NCBI GenBank assembly: GCA_902518705.1
Contig: CABYHW010000001.1
Location: forward strand, 114,270 to 178,269
Reading direction: 5' to 3'
From: an uncultured Alphaproteobacteria bacterium
GTDB lineage: Bacteria > Pseudomonadota > Alphaproteobacteria > HIMB59 > GCA-002718135
DNA length: 64,000 nt
The notes under the pieces are model-generated. The model searched no databases and had not been told where the DNA came from. It saw nothing but the letters and a program-made list of their open reading frames with translations. Shown here in pieces: positions 41,418 through 51,262 of this stretch (position 1 is the stretch's first letter; every line of letters begins with the position of its first letter). Both the position numbers and the translations under genes were made by a program.

Positions 41418-42128
41418 ATGAGAAAAGATAGATCCTTCGATCAAATGCGTGAAATTTCATTTGAGAAAAACGTAAATATTCATGCAGATGGTTCGTGTTT
41501 GGTAAAATTTGGAAATACACATGTGCTTTGTCTTGCAACAATTGACGAAAGAGTTCCTCACTGGTTAAAGAATACTGGCAAAGGATGGGTTACAGCAGAA
41601 TATGGTATGTTACCGAGGTCAACAAATACAAGGATGGATAGAGAAGCTGCAAAAGGAAAACAATCTGGTAGAACTCAAGAAATACAAAGATTAATTGGTC
41701 GAAGTTTAAGGTCTATTGTAGACCTTTCAAGCCTTGGAGAAAGACAAATAAAAATAGACTGTGATGTAATTCAAGCAGATGGTGGAACAAGAACAGCTGC
41801 TATAAGTGGAGGGTTTGTATCTCTATATCTAGCTATTCAAAAGTTGAAAAATAATTACAATTTGCGAGAACCAATTATTACTAATTTTATTGGAGCAGTC
41901 TCAGCTGGAATAATAAACAACAAACCATTGCTAGATTTAAATTATGAGGAAGATAGCGTAGCCCAAGTAGATGCTAACTTTGTTATTTGTGATACAAACG
42001 ATATCTCAGAAATTCAAGTTACAGGTGAAGAATTTTTTTTTAATAATGATCAGTTCAACGAAATATTCTCTTTGGCTAAAAAAGGTGTGCGGAGCATAAT
42101 TTCAGAGCAAAAAAAAATATTATTATAA
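41418..42128 (+). CDS. rph: Ribonuclease PH
   Basis: GSCLVKFGNTHVLC..., GWVTAEYGMLPRST..R, QADGGTRTAAI. Confidence 0.95.
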   Translation: MRKDRSFDQMREISFEKNVNIHADGSCLVKFGNTHVLCLATIDERVPHWLKNTGKGWVTAEYGMLPRSTNTRMDREAAKGKQSGRTQEIQRLIGRSLRSIVDLSSLGERQIKIDCDVIQADGGTRTAAISGGFVSLYLAIQKLKNNYNLREPIITNFIGAVSAGIINNKPLLDLNYEEDSVAQVDANFVICDTNDISEIQVTGEEFFFNNDQFNEIFSLAKKGVRSIISEQKKILL

Positions 42129-42129
42129 A

Positions 42130-42708
42130 GTGAAAGAAATTTTTTTTTTTTCAAATAATATTAATAAAATAAATGAGATTCAGAATATTGTTAGTAAGAA
42201 AAAAATAAAGGTTTTATCAATTTTGGATTTTGAATTTTTAAAGGAGCCAGTAGAAAGCGGTATTAGTTTTTCAGAAAACGCAAAAATTAAATCATATTTT
42301 GGTTATAGAAAAACTTTGATTCCAACTTTTGCTGATGATTCTGGTATTTGTATAGAAGCATTGAATTGGAAACCAGGTATACATTCAAAAAAATTTTTAA
42401 ATGATTTTAAGAAAATGGATGATTGTTTTAATTATATAATTAATAAAGCTAATATGAAGTCTAAATATAAAGCTTTTTTTAAAACATCTATATGCTTAAC
42501 TTTAAAAGACTCTTATCATATAGTGTTTGAGGGCAGAGTTAATGGTACAATTTCAGAAAAACCTTTAGGAAAAAATGGGTTTGGTTATGATCCTATTTTT
42601 ATACCTTCTGAAAATAATAAAACTTATGGTGAAATGACCAAAAAAGAAAAAAATTCGTTCAGTCATAGGTCTATAGCTGTTAATAAGCTTTTAGATTTTT
42701 TAAACTAA
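42130..42708 (+). CDS. rdgB: dITP/XTP pyrophosphatase (Ham1/RdgB family)
   Basis: GTG start 1 nt after the rph stop. ...FADDSGICIEALNWKPGIHS..., GFGYDPIF, SHR. Confidence 0.85.
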   Translation: MKEIFFFSNNINKINEIQNIVSKKKIKVLSILDFEFLKEPVESGISFSENAKIKSYFGYRKTLIPTFADDSGICIEALNWKPGIHSKKFLNDFKKMDDCFNYIINKANMKSKYKAFFKTSICLTLKDSYHIVFEGRVNGTISEKPLGKNGFGYDPIFIPSENNKTYGEMTKKEKNSFSHRSIAVNKLLDFLN

Positions 42709-44033
42709 TCAATTTTAATTGCTGTTCCTTTAGAAATTTTTAAAATATCCAAGTCCCTTTCAACAATGTTATTTTTAAAATAAAATTTTCCATCAATTCC
42801 ATTAAAATTTATTTTTGAGTCATTTAAAGTCAATAAAAATTCATTAAATGAATAATTTTTTGTAAATACAAAATTTAACAAACCAATTAAATCATAATTT
42901 AAAGTAGAGATCCTTAAAATGTTCTCATTATATATTTCTTCGTACTGCTTGATTAAAAAAATTCTTTTATTTTTTTCAATACCTGGAAATATTGTTCCTT
43001 GTAATGATGGTTCTGTAAAAAAATTTTCATCATCAATTACACCAGTTCCTAAAAACTGAACTAAATTAGGGTCAATATCGTAATAAGTTAAAAGTGGTGC
43101 AACTTTTAAAAGGTTAAGACCATAATCAGCAATAAGAATATGTGTGAAATCATAATCACTAGTTGTTTTAAATTTTTGAAGTTTTTTATATCTCTCTTTT
43201 GATTTTAAGTCTGTTTTTGTAGATAATATTTTTTTTTGTCTTTCTAATTCATATTTTCTAAGATTATATTTTCCAAGTTCTTTTATGCTTTCTCTTACAT
43301 TAGATAGATCATTTTTATAAGAAGATCTGTTAATTAGTATTGTCTCACTTTTATTTAATATATCGTCAATAATTGAATTAATCATAAATCCATAATTATT
43401 TTCTGGAAATAAAAATGCTAATCTAGTTTCAGTATCTAAAAAATTAAATAGTTCTTCAAGTTCGTTCTGTGGGAAAAAATTAAATAAATAAATACAATCG
43501 TCTGCCAAATTTCGATTAGAAGCGAATGAAAAAAATATTAATTTTTTATCACAGAACTTTTTTACTAATTGAGTATCATCATTTTTAATTGGACCAATAT
43601 ATATTTTACCAGGTTTATAAGAACTGGAAATAATTTTTTCTAATTCAAAATTGTTGCTATAATATTTAAAGTCAAAATTAATGTTGTTAAAGTTTTTATT
43701 GTAAACAGCTAATTCTAGAACATTTGTAAACTGATTTATAATTTTTTTATTTTCGTTTATGGGAAAAAGAAAAGTAATATTTCTATTTAATGAAATATCA
43801 TTCAAGGTATCGCTCTTACTAACAATATTAGAGTCCAATTCCTGTTTAATTATATTTTTATCTAAAAATTTAGGAGTAGAAGTTTGTTTTCTTTCTATAT
43901 CATCATTTTTATAAGATTGTTTAGACAAATTTGCTGGAGAACAAGAAATTAACGATATAATAAGATGAATAATGAAAAAAAATAGTAGTGGTTTATTTAT
44001 TGTAGCTACACCAATAGGAAATTTAAAAGACAT
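42705..44033 (-). CDS. LpoA/LppC-like lipoprotein (periplasmic-binding-protein-type fold; putative PBP activator)
   Basis: Lipobox ISLISC. A long Asn/Lys-rich body ends in a type-1 PBP-like C-terminal part. It is divergent from rsmI and near a DolP-like BON gene, as with yraL/yraM/yraP in E. coli. The start is set at ATG 44033; the track ORF extends to 44126. Confidence 0.45.
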   Translation of the reverse strand: MSFKFPIGVATINKPLLFFFIIHLIISLISCSPANLSKQSYKNDDIERKQTSTPKFLDKNIIKQELDSNIVSKSDTLNDISLNRNITFLFPINENKKIINQFTNVLELAVYNKNFNNINFDFKYYSNNFELEKIISSSYKPGKIYIGPIKNDDTQLVKKFCDKKLIFFSFASNRNLADDCIYLFNFFPQNELEELFNFLDTETRLAFLFPENNYGFMINSIIDDILNKSETILINRSSYKNDLSNVRESIKELGKYNLRKYELERQKKILSTKTDLKSKERYKKLQKFKTTSDYDFTHILIADYGLNLLKVAPLLTYYDIDPNLVQFLGTGVIDDENFFTEPSLQGTIFPGIEKNKRIFLIKQYEEIYNENILRISTLNYDLIGLLNFVFTKNYSFNEFLLTLNDSKINFNGIDGKFYFKNNIVERDLDILKISKGTAIKID

Positions 44034-44823
44034 ATCTGAAAGAGCAAAAGAAACAATTTTTGAGGCAGATTTGGTTATTTGTGAAAACCCTAAACATTCT
44101 CTAAAACTACTTAACAAATTAGGCATTAAAAAGAAATTATTATCATTACACGATTATAACGAAACACTAGTTATAAATAAAATATCAAAAGAACTATCAA
44201 ATAAAAAAATAGTATTAATATCAGATGCTGGATCTCCTCTAATTTCAGATCCAGGTTTTAAACTTGTAAAATACTGTATTGAGAATAATATTTATACTAC
44301 TTCAATCCCTGGGTCTTGTTCAATAATACCAGCTTTGCAACTATCTGGTATTCCAATAAATGAATTTTCTTACTTAGGATTCTTCCCAAAATCTAAAAAT
44401 AAAATGAAATTATTTATTAATGAAATTAAAAATTCAATTAGGACCTCAGTTTTTTTTGTTTCATCAAATAAATTGATTGATTGTTTAAATTTTATTCAGA
44501 GTGAAGATTTAGTTAGAACAATAAGTATCTCCAAAGAACTTACAAAAATTAATGAAAACGTTTTAAGAGGTAGTTATGAACAAATCATTAGTCAAATAAC
44601 AAATCAACAAATTTTAATGAAAGGAGAGTTTGTTGTTGTTGTTGAAGGAAAATCTATAAAAAAAACAAAAAATATAAATTTGTCTATTTATAACGATACA
44701 ATTACAGTGTTACTTTCAAAATTTTCTTTGACCGAAGTCGTCGAAATAGTGCATAAATTGATTGGAATAAATAAAAATAAAATTTATAAATGGGTTCTAA
44801 AATTAAAAAAATACCAAAATTAA
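43972..44823 (+). CDS. rsmI: 16S rRNA (cytidine1402-2'-O)-methyltransferase
   Basis: GLFIVATPIGNLKDISERA..., CENPKHS..LL, SDAGSP.ISDPG. Confidence 0.9.
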   Translation: MKKNSSGLFIVATPIGNLKDISERAKETIFEADLVICENPKHSLKLLNKLGIKKKLLSLHDYNETLVINKISKELSNKKIVLISDAGSPLISDPGFKLVKYCIENNIYTTSIPGSCSIIPALQLSGIPINEFSYLGFFPKSKNKMKLFINEIKNSIRTSVFFVSSNKLIDCLNFIQSEDLVRTISISKELTKINENVLRGSYEQIISQITNQQILMKGEFVVVVEGKSIKKTKNINLSIYNDTITVLLSKFSLTEVVEIVHKLIGINKNKIYKWVLKLKKYQN

Positions 44824-45392
44824 TAGTTTTTGCATTTATTACTTCAATTTTAGTTTTAAATTATAGTTGTAGTCCGACAAATATTTTAGCAGGTGGTGGT
44901 GGTACTGCAATGGTTGTAGCAGAAGGAGATAGATCATTGGGTACTGTTGTTGATGACACTACAATTAAAGTAAATATTGCTGCAAGTTTTATAGGATCGG
45001 ATAATAATCTTTTTGTCGATATAAACACAAGCGTATTAGAAAGTAGAGTTTTACTTACTGGTTTAGTAGAAGATCAGGAAACAAGGATAGAAGCTGTAAG
45101 ACTTGTCTGGGAAGTTGAGGGTGTGAAAGAGGTTGTTAACGAAATAGAAATAGGAAATAGAGAAACAATAAAAGATTACGCAAATGATCTATGGATTAAT
45201 ACCCAAGCAAGAGGTGTAGCTGCTAAGACAATTGGCTTAAGGGCTGTAGGTTATAATTTTGAAACAATTAATGGTAAGTTATTTATCGCTGGTATAACTT
45301 CAAGACCGAATCAATTAGAACAATTAATTAATGCTTTAAAGTCTATTAAAGGTGTAAAAGAAATCGTAAATTACGTAATAATAAAAAAATAG
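44790..45392 (+). CDS. BON-domain lipoprotein (DolP/YraP/OsmY-like)
   Basis: Lipobox LNYSC followed by two BON-like repeats (...VLLTGLVEDQETR..A......VEGVKEVVNEIEI... and ...KLFIAGITSRPNQLEQL......IKGVKEIVNYV). Confidence 0.7.
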   Translation: MGSKIKKIPKLIVFAFITSILVLNYSCSPTNILAGGGGTAMVVAEGDRSLGTVVDDTTIKVNIAASFIGSDNNLFVDINTSVLESRVLLTGLVEDQETRIEAVRLVWEVEGVKEVVNEIEIGNRETIKDYANDLWINTQARGVAAKTIGLRAVGYNFETINGKLFIAGITSRPNQLEQLINALKSIKGVKEIVNYVIIKK

Positions 45393-45743
45393 CTATCTTA
45401 AGCTTCCAATTTTTTCTCCAGCTAAAATATGAATATGAAAATGTGGAACCTCTTGTCCTCCATCTACACCAGAGTTTGTTATCAACCGGTATCCACTCTC
45501 TTCGATTTTCAATTTGATAATTACATTATGAACACTTTTAAAAAAAGATGTTATATTTTCATTATCTGCTTTTTTTAAAAAATTAGAAAAAGTTGTACAA
45601 GGAAATTTTGGTATACCTAAAACATGTATTTTAGCTTGGGGATTAATATCGTTGAAAAATAAACTAAACTCATCTTCATAAACTTTGTCACAAGGTATTT
45701 CCTTTCTTAATATTTTTGCAAAGATATTATTTTCATCATACAT
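45393..45743 (-). CDS. HIT-family (histidine triad) nucleotide hydrolase
   Basis: IFAKILRKEIP..., GQEVPHFHIHILAG. Its stop codon abuts the BON gene stop (TAGCTA). Confidence 0.85.
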   Translation of the reverse strand: MYDENNIFAKILRKEIPCDKVYEDEFSLFFNDINPQAKIHVLGIPKFPCTTFSNFLKKADNENITSFFKSVHNVIIKLKIEESGYRLITNSGVDGGQEVPHFHIHILAGEKIGSLR

Positions 45744-45749
45744 GATTTT

Positions 45750-46022
45750 TTATTTTCTTTTTTCTAGTTCTTTATGTATTTCGTTTATTGAAATTTTTTT
45801 TGACTTTAATAAAATTAATAGGTGATAGATTACATCTACAGCTTCTTCTATGGTTCTTTTTTTTGATCCTTTTAGAAAATCTATAATCAACTCTGATGCT
45901 TCTTCTCCAAATTTTTGAGCTATTTTTTTTGGGCCCAATTTTAATAATTTATTTGTATATGAGTCTTTTTTTCTATTTTTTACTCTACTATTTATAATTT
46001 CATTTAAATCTTCAATTTTCAT
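45750..46022 (-). CDS. hisE: Phosphoribosyl-ATP pyrophosphatase
   Basis: 90 aa. SYTNKLL..G..KIAQKFGEEA.E... is the typical HisE helix bundle. Downstream of hisF. Confidence 0.85.
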   Translation of the reverse strand: MKIEDLNEIINSRVKNRKKDSYTNKLLKLGPKKIAQKFGEEASELIIDFLKGSKKRTIEEAVDVIYHLLILLKSKKISINEIHKELEKRK

Positions 46023-46027
46023 AGAAT

Positions 46028-46783
46028 TTAATCTCTAATATTTATATTTTTATCTTTTAAATATCTCTTTACTTCTTTAATGCTAATTTCATTAAAATGA
46101 AAGACTGAGGCTGCTAATAAAGCATCGGCTTTGCCTTTAACTATACCCTCATAAAAATGATCTAGAGCTCCAACTCCTCCACTAGCTATAACAGGTATTT
46201 TTAAAAATTCTGAAACCTTACCCAAAAGTTCATTGTCAAAACCAGATTTTGTGCCATCCTTGTCCATTGATGTTAAAAGAATTTCGCCAGCTCCTAGTTC
46301 TTGAGCTTTTTCTATCCAACTTAAAGCATATAATTCGGTTTTCTTAGTCCCGCCATGAGAATAAACAAACCAATCATTATTATGTTTTTTTGCATCAACA
46401 GCTACGACAATGCATTGGTTTCCAAAATATTCAGAAGCCTCTTTAATGATATTGGGATTTCTAATTGCTGCAGAATTTATAGAAACTTTGTCGGCGCCAG
46501 CTTTAAGTAATGCTTGTATGTTTTCTATTGATGAAATTCCACCACCAACTGTGAGGGGTATAAAAACCTCGTTTGCAGTTTTTTTTACTACATTGATCAT
46601 AGTATCTCTATTTTCTAATGATGCACTAATATCTAAAAAACATATTTCATCAGCCCCATTATCAGAATAATATTTTGCTTGCTCAACAGGGTCGCCTGCA
46701 TCAATTAAATTTAAAAAATTGATACCCTTTACAACTCTTCCATCTTTAACGTCCAAGCATGGGATGATTCTTATTTTTACCAT
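46028..46783 (-). CDS. hisF: Imidazole glycerol phosphate synthase cyclase subunit
   Basis: [16 protein letters not shown]..., [22 protein letters not shown]. Confidence 0.95.
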   Translation of the reverse strand: MVKIRIIPCLDVKDGRVVKGINFLNLIDAGDPVEQAKYYSDNGADEICFLDISASLENRDTMINVVKKTANEVFIPLTVGGGISSIENIQALLKAGADKVSINSAAIRNPNIIKEASEYFGNQCIVVAVDAKKHNNDWFVYSHGGTKKTELYALSWIEKAQELGAGEILLTSMDKDGTKSGFDNELLGKVSEFLKIPVIASGGVGALDHFYEGIVKGKADALLAASVFHFNEISIKEVKRYLKDKNINIRD

Positions 46784-46784
46784 T

Positions 46785-47525
46785 TTAGTTTATAATTTTT
46801 TGCGCTTCTACTAGATCAATCTTTCCCTCATAGAAAGATTTACCTGAAATTATTCCTTCAATATTTTTTGTATTAAGCTTTTTTAAATTTATTAGATCAG
46901 AGTAATCTGTTAAACCGCCTGCAATTATAATTTTTTTATTAAATTTTTTAATTAAGTTTATTTTTTTTATAAAATTATTAACAAAATCCAAATTTAAACC
47001 TTTCAGCATTCCATCATTTTGAATATCTGTAATCACATATCCTTTAATTTTTGAGTTTTTATAAATATCAAGAATATCTTGTATTTTCTTTCCTGAATTT
47101 TTATCCCAACCTTTTATCATTATGTTATCTTCAAGAATATCTAATGATATATATACTTTATCCGCATACGTATTTGATAAAATTATAACTTCATTTGGTT
47201 TTTCAACTGACATTGACCCAATAATCAAATTATTTATTCCAACTTCAAAATATTTTTTGGCTAAATCTAAATTTCTAACCCCACCCCCTAATTGTATTGG
47301 TATTGAAATTGATTTTCTAATTTTTTTTATTGTTTCAAAATTAACATTAGATCTACCAAAAGCAGCATCTAGGTCAACTAAGTGAAGTTTTTTACAACCA
47401 ATTTGTTCAAAATAGATAGCTTGTTTTTCTGGGTTTTCATTGTAAACAACACTGGTGTTATCTTTACCTTTAGAAAGTCTAACACATTTATTATCTTTTA
47501 AATCAATGGCTGGTATAATTTGCAC
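46785..47525 (-). CDS. hisA: ProFAR isomerase
   Basis: [17 protein letters not shown]..., [15 protein letters not shown], position in the his operon. Confidence 0.9.
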   Translation of the reverse strand: MQIIPAIDLKDNKCVRLSKGKDNTSVVYNENPEKQAIYFEQIGCKKLHLVDLDAAFGRSNVNFETIKKIRKSISIPIQLGGGVRNLDLAKKYFEVGINNLIIGSMSVEKPNEVIILSNTYADKVYISLDILEDNIMIKGWDKNSGKKIQDILDIYKNSKIKGYVITDIQNDGMLKGLNLDFVNNFIKKINLIKKFNKKIIIAGGLTDYSDLINLKKLNTKNIEGIISGKSFYEGKIDLVEAQKIIN

Positions 47526-48067
47526 TACAGATTTTTATAGTAATAGTAACCCTTAATAAAACTTCCGTTAATGTAAGCATAGTATGGGTTTTCACCCCAT
47601 TTGATATAATTTTTACCTGTAAATAGTTTTATTGCTGCATCTTGTGTTTCTCTTACAGCTAACTGTAATGATTTAATATTATCTTCTTTAGCAATTTGTT
47701 CGGTGTGATCAATCATTGTTTTAGCCAAACCATAACCCCTTGCCCATGGGGCAACAAACTGTCTTCTTATACGTGCAATATTTTTCCTAGACTCAATATT
47801 AGGCGCCTCATATGCAAGCTGAAGGGTTCCAGCTATAACACCATTTAATCTACCAACAATAAGTTTAATAAATTTATCATTTGTTCTTTTAGTCCAGTAA
47901 TCTATTAAAATATCTCTTGTAGGAACTCTCAACCAACCAAACCCACCTCCAGCTTTTATTGCTTGTTCTGTAATATTACAAAGGTCTGCTAAATCTACAT
48001 CCGTAAGTTTTTCAATACTGTCGACTGAAATATTAATTTTCTCTTTTAGTTGTGTAGACATGTTCAT
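47525..48067 (-). CDS. GNAT-family N-acetyltransferase embedded in the his operon
   Basis: Acetyl-CoA motif A-like FVAPWARGYGLAKTMI and ...AAIKLF...Y. ATGA overlap with the hisH stop and 1-nt overlap with the hisA start. Confidence 0.7.
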   Translation of the reverse strand: MNMSTQLKEKINISVDSIEKLTDVDLADLCNITEQAIKAGGGFGWLRVPTRDILIDYWTKRTNDKFIKLIVGRLNGVIAGTLQLAYEAPNIESRKNIARIRRQFVAPWARGYGLAKTMIDHTEQIAKEDNIKSLQLAVRETQDAAIKLFTGKNYIKWGENPYYAYINGSFIKGYYYYKNL

Positions 48068-48693
48068 ACTCTAATAAATTCACTTAGTAAGTTTAATCCT
48101 TGGGAGGAACTTTTTTCAGGATGAAACTGGACGCCATATATATTTTCTTTTCCAACAATTGAAGCAAAATTTGTTCCGTACTTAGTTTCTGCCAAAATAT
48201 TGTCTTTATCAGCACATTCGAAGTAATAAGAGTGAACGAAGTAATAGTCATTTTTAGTTGAGATTAAGTTATTATATTTTGAATTTGTCGGTATTGCCAA
48301 GTTCCATCCCATATGTGGAAGTTTCAAGGTGTCTCCGGGTAATAGTTTAATTTGCCCGTCTATCCAGCCTAATCCTTCATGAACTCCATTTTCTTCACTC
48401 ATGTTAGCTAACATTTGCATACCAACACATATACCCAAAAATGGTTTCTTTTTTATTAACGCAAACTCACAAAGCTCATCAATTAAGCCGTCAGTTTTTT
48501 TTAAACCATTCATGCATGTAGAAAAAGCTCCCTGACCAGGCAACACGATATGAGTTGAATCTTTTACATCATTCAGTTTTTTTGAAATTAAAACATCAGC
48601 CTCAATATTGTTATCTTTTGCTATCTTAACAAAAGATTTTTGTGCAGATAAAACATTGCCTGAGCCGTAATCGACAATAGTGATCTTTTTCAT
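48064..48693 (-). CDS. hisH: Imidazole glycerol phosphate synthase glutaminase subunit
   Basis: ITIVDYGSGN, PGQGAF, GICVGMQ (catalytic Cys), VQFHPEKS. Confidence 0.9.
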   Translation of the reverse strand: MKKITIVDYGSGNVLSAQKSFVKIAKDNNIEADVLISKKLNDVKDSTHIVLPGQGAFSTCMNGLKKTDGLIDELCEFALIKKKPFLGICVGMQMLANMSEENGVHEGLGWIDGQIKLLPGDTLKLPHMGWNLAIPTNSKYNNLISTKNDYYFVHSYYFECADKDNILAETKYGTNFASIVGKENIYGVQFHPEKSSSQGLNLLSEFIRV

Positions 48694-48699
48694 TAAAAA

Positions 48700-49287
48700 T
48701 TAAAGAGTGCCTTTTGATGATGGTATGTTGTCTTTTCTTCTGTTATCTATTTCGACAGCAAGTCTTAAACTTTTAGCAAATGCTTTAAAGCATGATTCAA
48801 TGATATGGTGATTGTTTTTTCCATATAGGTTTTCAATATGTAAATTACATTTTGATTCATTTGAAAATGCTTTGAAAAATTCATGGAACAACTCCGTATC
48901 CATTTCACCAATTTTTTTTAAACCAAGATTAACATTCCATACAAGCTCTGGCCTTCCACTTAAATCAATAACACATCTTGATAAACATTCATCCATAGGA
49001 ACATATGAAAAACCATATCTGTTTATTCCCTTCTTATCATCTAGTGCTTTGTTTATAGATAAAGCAATTGCGTAAGCTGTATCTTCAACTGAATGATGAA
49101 GATCAACATTAGTATCTCCTTCACATTTCAAGTCTATATCTATTAAGCTGTGATGAGATAATAATTCAAGCATGTGATCAAAAAAACCAATTTGTGTTGA
49201 AATATTAGATTGACCAGCGCCATCTAAGTTAACCTCACAACTTATCTTGGTTTCTTTAGTATTTCTCTCTACTTTACCTTTTCGCAT
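48700..49287 (-). CDS. hisB: Imidazoleglycerol-phosphate dehydratase
   Basis: RNTKETKI..., [23 protein letters not shown]. Confidence 0.9.
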   Translation of the reverse strand: MRKGKVERNTKETKISCEVNLDGAGQSNISTQIGFFDHMLELLSHHSLIDIDLKCEGDTNVDLHHSVEDTAYAIALSINKALDDKKGINRYGFSYVPMDECLSRCVIDLSGRPELVWNVNLGLKKIGEMDTELFHEFFKAFSNESKCNLHIENLYGKNNHHIIESCFKAFAKSLRLAVEIDNRRKDNIPSSKGTL

Positions 49288-49331
49288 TTTTGCCTAATAT
49301 CAGTGAAATATGATTTATTCTAGGTAAATTA

Positions 49332-49359
49332 CTTGATAAAAATAATTAAATAGCCATCT
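49332..49359 (+). promoter_or_regulatory. Possible sigma-32-type promoter of hslVU (near-leaderless)
   Basis: CTTGAT-N14-AGCCATCT has the same spacing as the ibpA and dnaK elements. The -10 ends only 9 nt before the ATG, and no SD is visible. Confidence 0.3.
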
Positions 49360-49368
49360 TAAGAATTA

Positions 49369-49917
49369 ATGGAAAAAAATATTATTAAATCAACAACTAT
49401 TGTAGGAATTAGAAAAGACAACTTAGTCGTTATTGCAGGTGATGGTCAGGCTAGTCTTGGTAATACCGTAATGAAATCCAATGTTAAAAAAATTAGAAGA
49501 CTTGGAGCTGATGAAACAGTTATCTCTGGATTTGCAGGGTCTACTGCAGATGCATTTGCTTTATTTGAAAGATTAGAGGGAAAGTTAGATCAATATAAGA
49601 ACCAACTTAAAAGAGCTTGCGTAGAATTGGCTAAAGATTGGAGAACAGATAGATATCTAAGAAGACTAGAAGCAATGATGATTGTAGCTGATAAAGATGT
49701 AAGTTTGTTATTATCTGGTACCGGCGATGTAATTGAATCTGATGATGGTATACTTGCAATAGGTTCTGGGGGTCCATACGCAAATAGCGCTGCTAAAGCA
49801 TTGATGAAAAATACAAAAATGAATGCCAAAGAAATTGCTTTAGAATCTCTTAATATAGCTGCAGATATTTGTATTTATACAAATCATAATATTATTTCAG
49901 AAACTATTGAGCTTTAA
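49369..49917 (+). CDS. hslV: ATP-dependent protease subunit HslV
   Basis: STTIVGIRK (N-terminal Thr nucleophile after processing), GDGQ.S.G.TVMK, GSGG.YA. Confidence 0.95.
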   Translation: MEKNIIKSTTIVGIRKDNLVVIAGDGQASLGNTVMKSNVKKIRRLGADETVISGFAGSTADAFALFERLEGKLDQYKNQLKRACVELAKDWRTDRYLRRLEAMMIVADKDVSLLLSGTGDVIESDDGILAIGSGGPYANSAAKALMKNTKMNAKEIALESLNIAADICIYTNHNIISETIEL

Positions 49918-49919
49918 AT

Positions 49920-51233
49920 ATGGAATCAAGTTTTAGCCCAAGAGAAATTGTTTCTGAATTAGATAAATTTATCATTGGTCAGAACAATGCAAAAAAGGCT
50001 GTTGCAGTTGCATTAAGAAATAGATGGAGAAGAAAACAACTTGATGATTCTTTAAAAGAGGAAATTGTACCAAAAAATATTTTAATGGTTGGTCCAACAG
50101 GTTGTGGAAAAACAGAAATCTCAAGAAGACTTGCTAAGTTAGCAAATGCACCTTTTGTTAAAGTTGAGGCAACTAAATTTACAGAGGTTGGATATGTTGG
50201 AAGAGATGTTGAACAAATAATAAGAGATCTTGTTGAAATAAGTATTACAAAAACAAAAATACAAATGGGCCAAGAAGTAAAGGCAAAAGCAGAAAAAAAT
50301 GCAGAAGAAAGAATTTTAGACGTTTTGGTTTCTAAAAGCTCAACACCAGCTACTAGAGATAATTTTAGGAAAAAACTCAGATCCGGAGAACTAAATGATA
50401 ATGAAGTTGAAATTCCAGTTTCAGCTAATGCAAATTTAAGTTTACCAACTATGGACATACCTGGCATGCCTGGTTCTCAAATGGGTATGATTAATTTAGG
50501 CGATGTATTTGGAAAAGGTTTTGGTAATCAAAAGAAAATGAAAAAAATGAGTGTCAAAGATTCTCATGCATATTTGTTAAATGAAGAAACTGATAAACTT
50601 TTAGATAAAGATAAAATAAACTCAAGAGCATTGGATGATGTAGAGCAAAATGGTATCGTTTTTATAGATGAAATAGATAAAATTACTTCTAGAGCTGATA
50701 GAAGTGGTGCGGATGTATCAAGAGAAGGTGTTCAAAGAGACTTATTACCGCTTATTGAGGGAACTGCGGTTACTACAAAATATGGTGTTGTTAAAACAGA
50801 CTATATTTTGTTCATTGCCTCTGGGGCATTTCACTTATCAAAACCATCAGACATGCTGCCTGAGCTTCAAGGCAGATTGCCAATTAGAGTCGAGCTTGAT
50901 AGTCTTAGTAAAAAAGATTTTAAACTTATTCTTACTGAAACACAAAACAGTTTGATTAAGCAGTATCAAGGACTTCTTGGAACAGAGAAGGTTGATTTGA
51001 AATTTGAAGAAGATGGAATTGATACCATCGCTTCTCTCTCTACAGAGATAAATCAGAACGTAGAAAATATAGGCGCTAGAAGGCTACATACTGTAATGGA
51101 AAAACTACTTGAAGAGGTTAGTTATACTGCCTCAGATATAGGCCCTACAGAAATAATAATTAATAAGGAATACGTTGAAAATAGCTTAGGAGAACTTATT
51201 AAAAGTCAGGACTTATCGAAGTTTATATTGTAA
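49920..51233 (+). CDS. hslU: ATP-dependent protease ATPase subunit HslU
   Basis: [35 protein letters not shown], 437 aa. Confidence 0.95.
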   Translation: MESSFSPREIVSELDKFIIGQNNAKKAVAVALRNRWRRKQLDDSLKEEIVPKNILMVGPTGCGKTEISRRLAKLANAPFVKVEATKFTEVGYVGRDVEQIIRDLVEISITKTKIQMGQEVKAKAEKNAEERILDVLVSKSSTPATRDNFRKKLRSGELNDNEVEIPVSANANLSLPTMDIPGMPGSQMGMINLGDVFGKGFGNQKKMKKMSVKDSHAYLLNEETDKLLDKDKINSRALDDVEQNGIVFIDEIDKITSRADRSGADVSREGVQRDLLPLIEGTAVTTKYGVVKTDYILFIASGAFHLSKPSDMLPELQGRLPIRVELDSLSKKDFKLILTETQNSLIKQYQGLLGTEKVDLKFEEDGIDTIASLSTEINQNVENIGARRLHTVMEKLLEEVSYTASDIGPTEIIINKEYVENSLGELIKSQDLSKFIL

Positions 51234-51262
51234 AGCTCATTTAATTTTTTAAAAATTATAAA

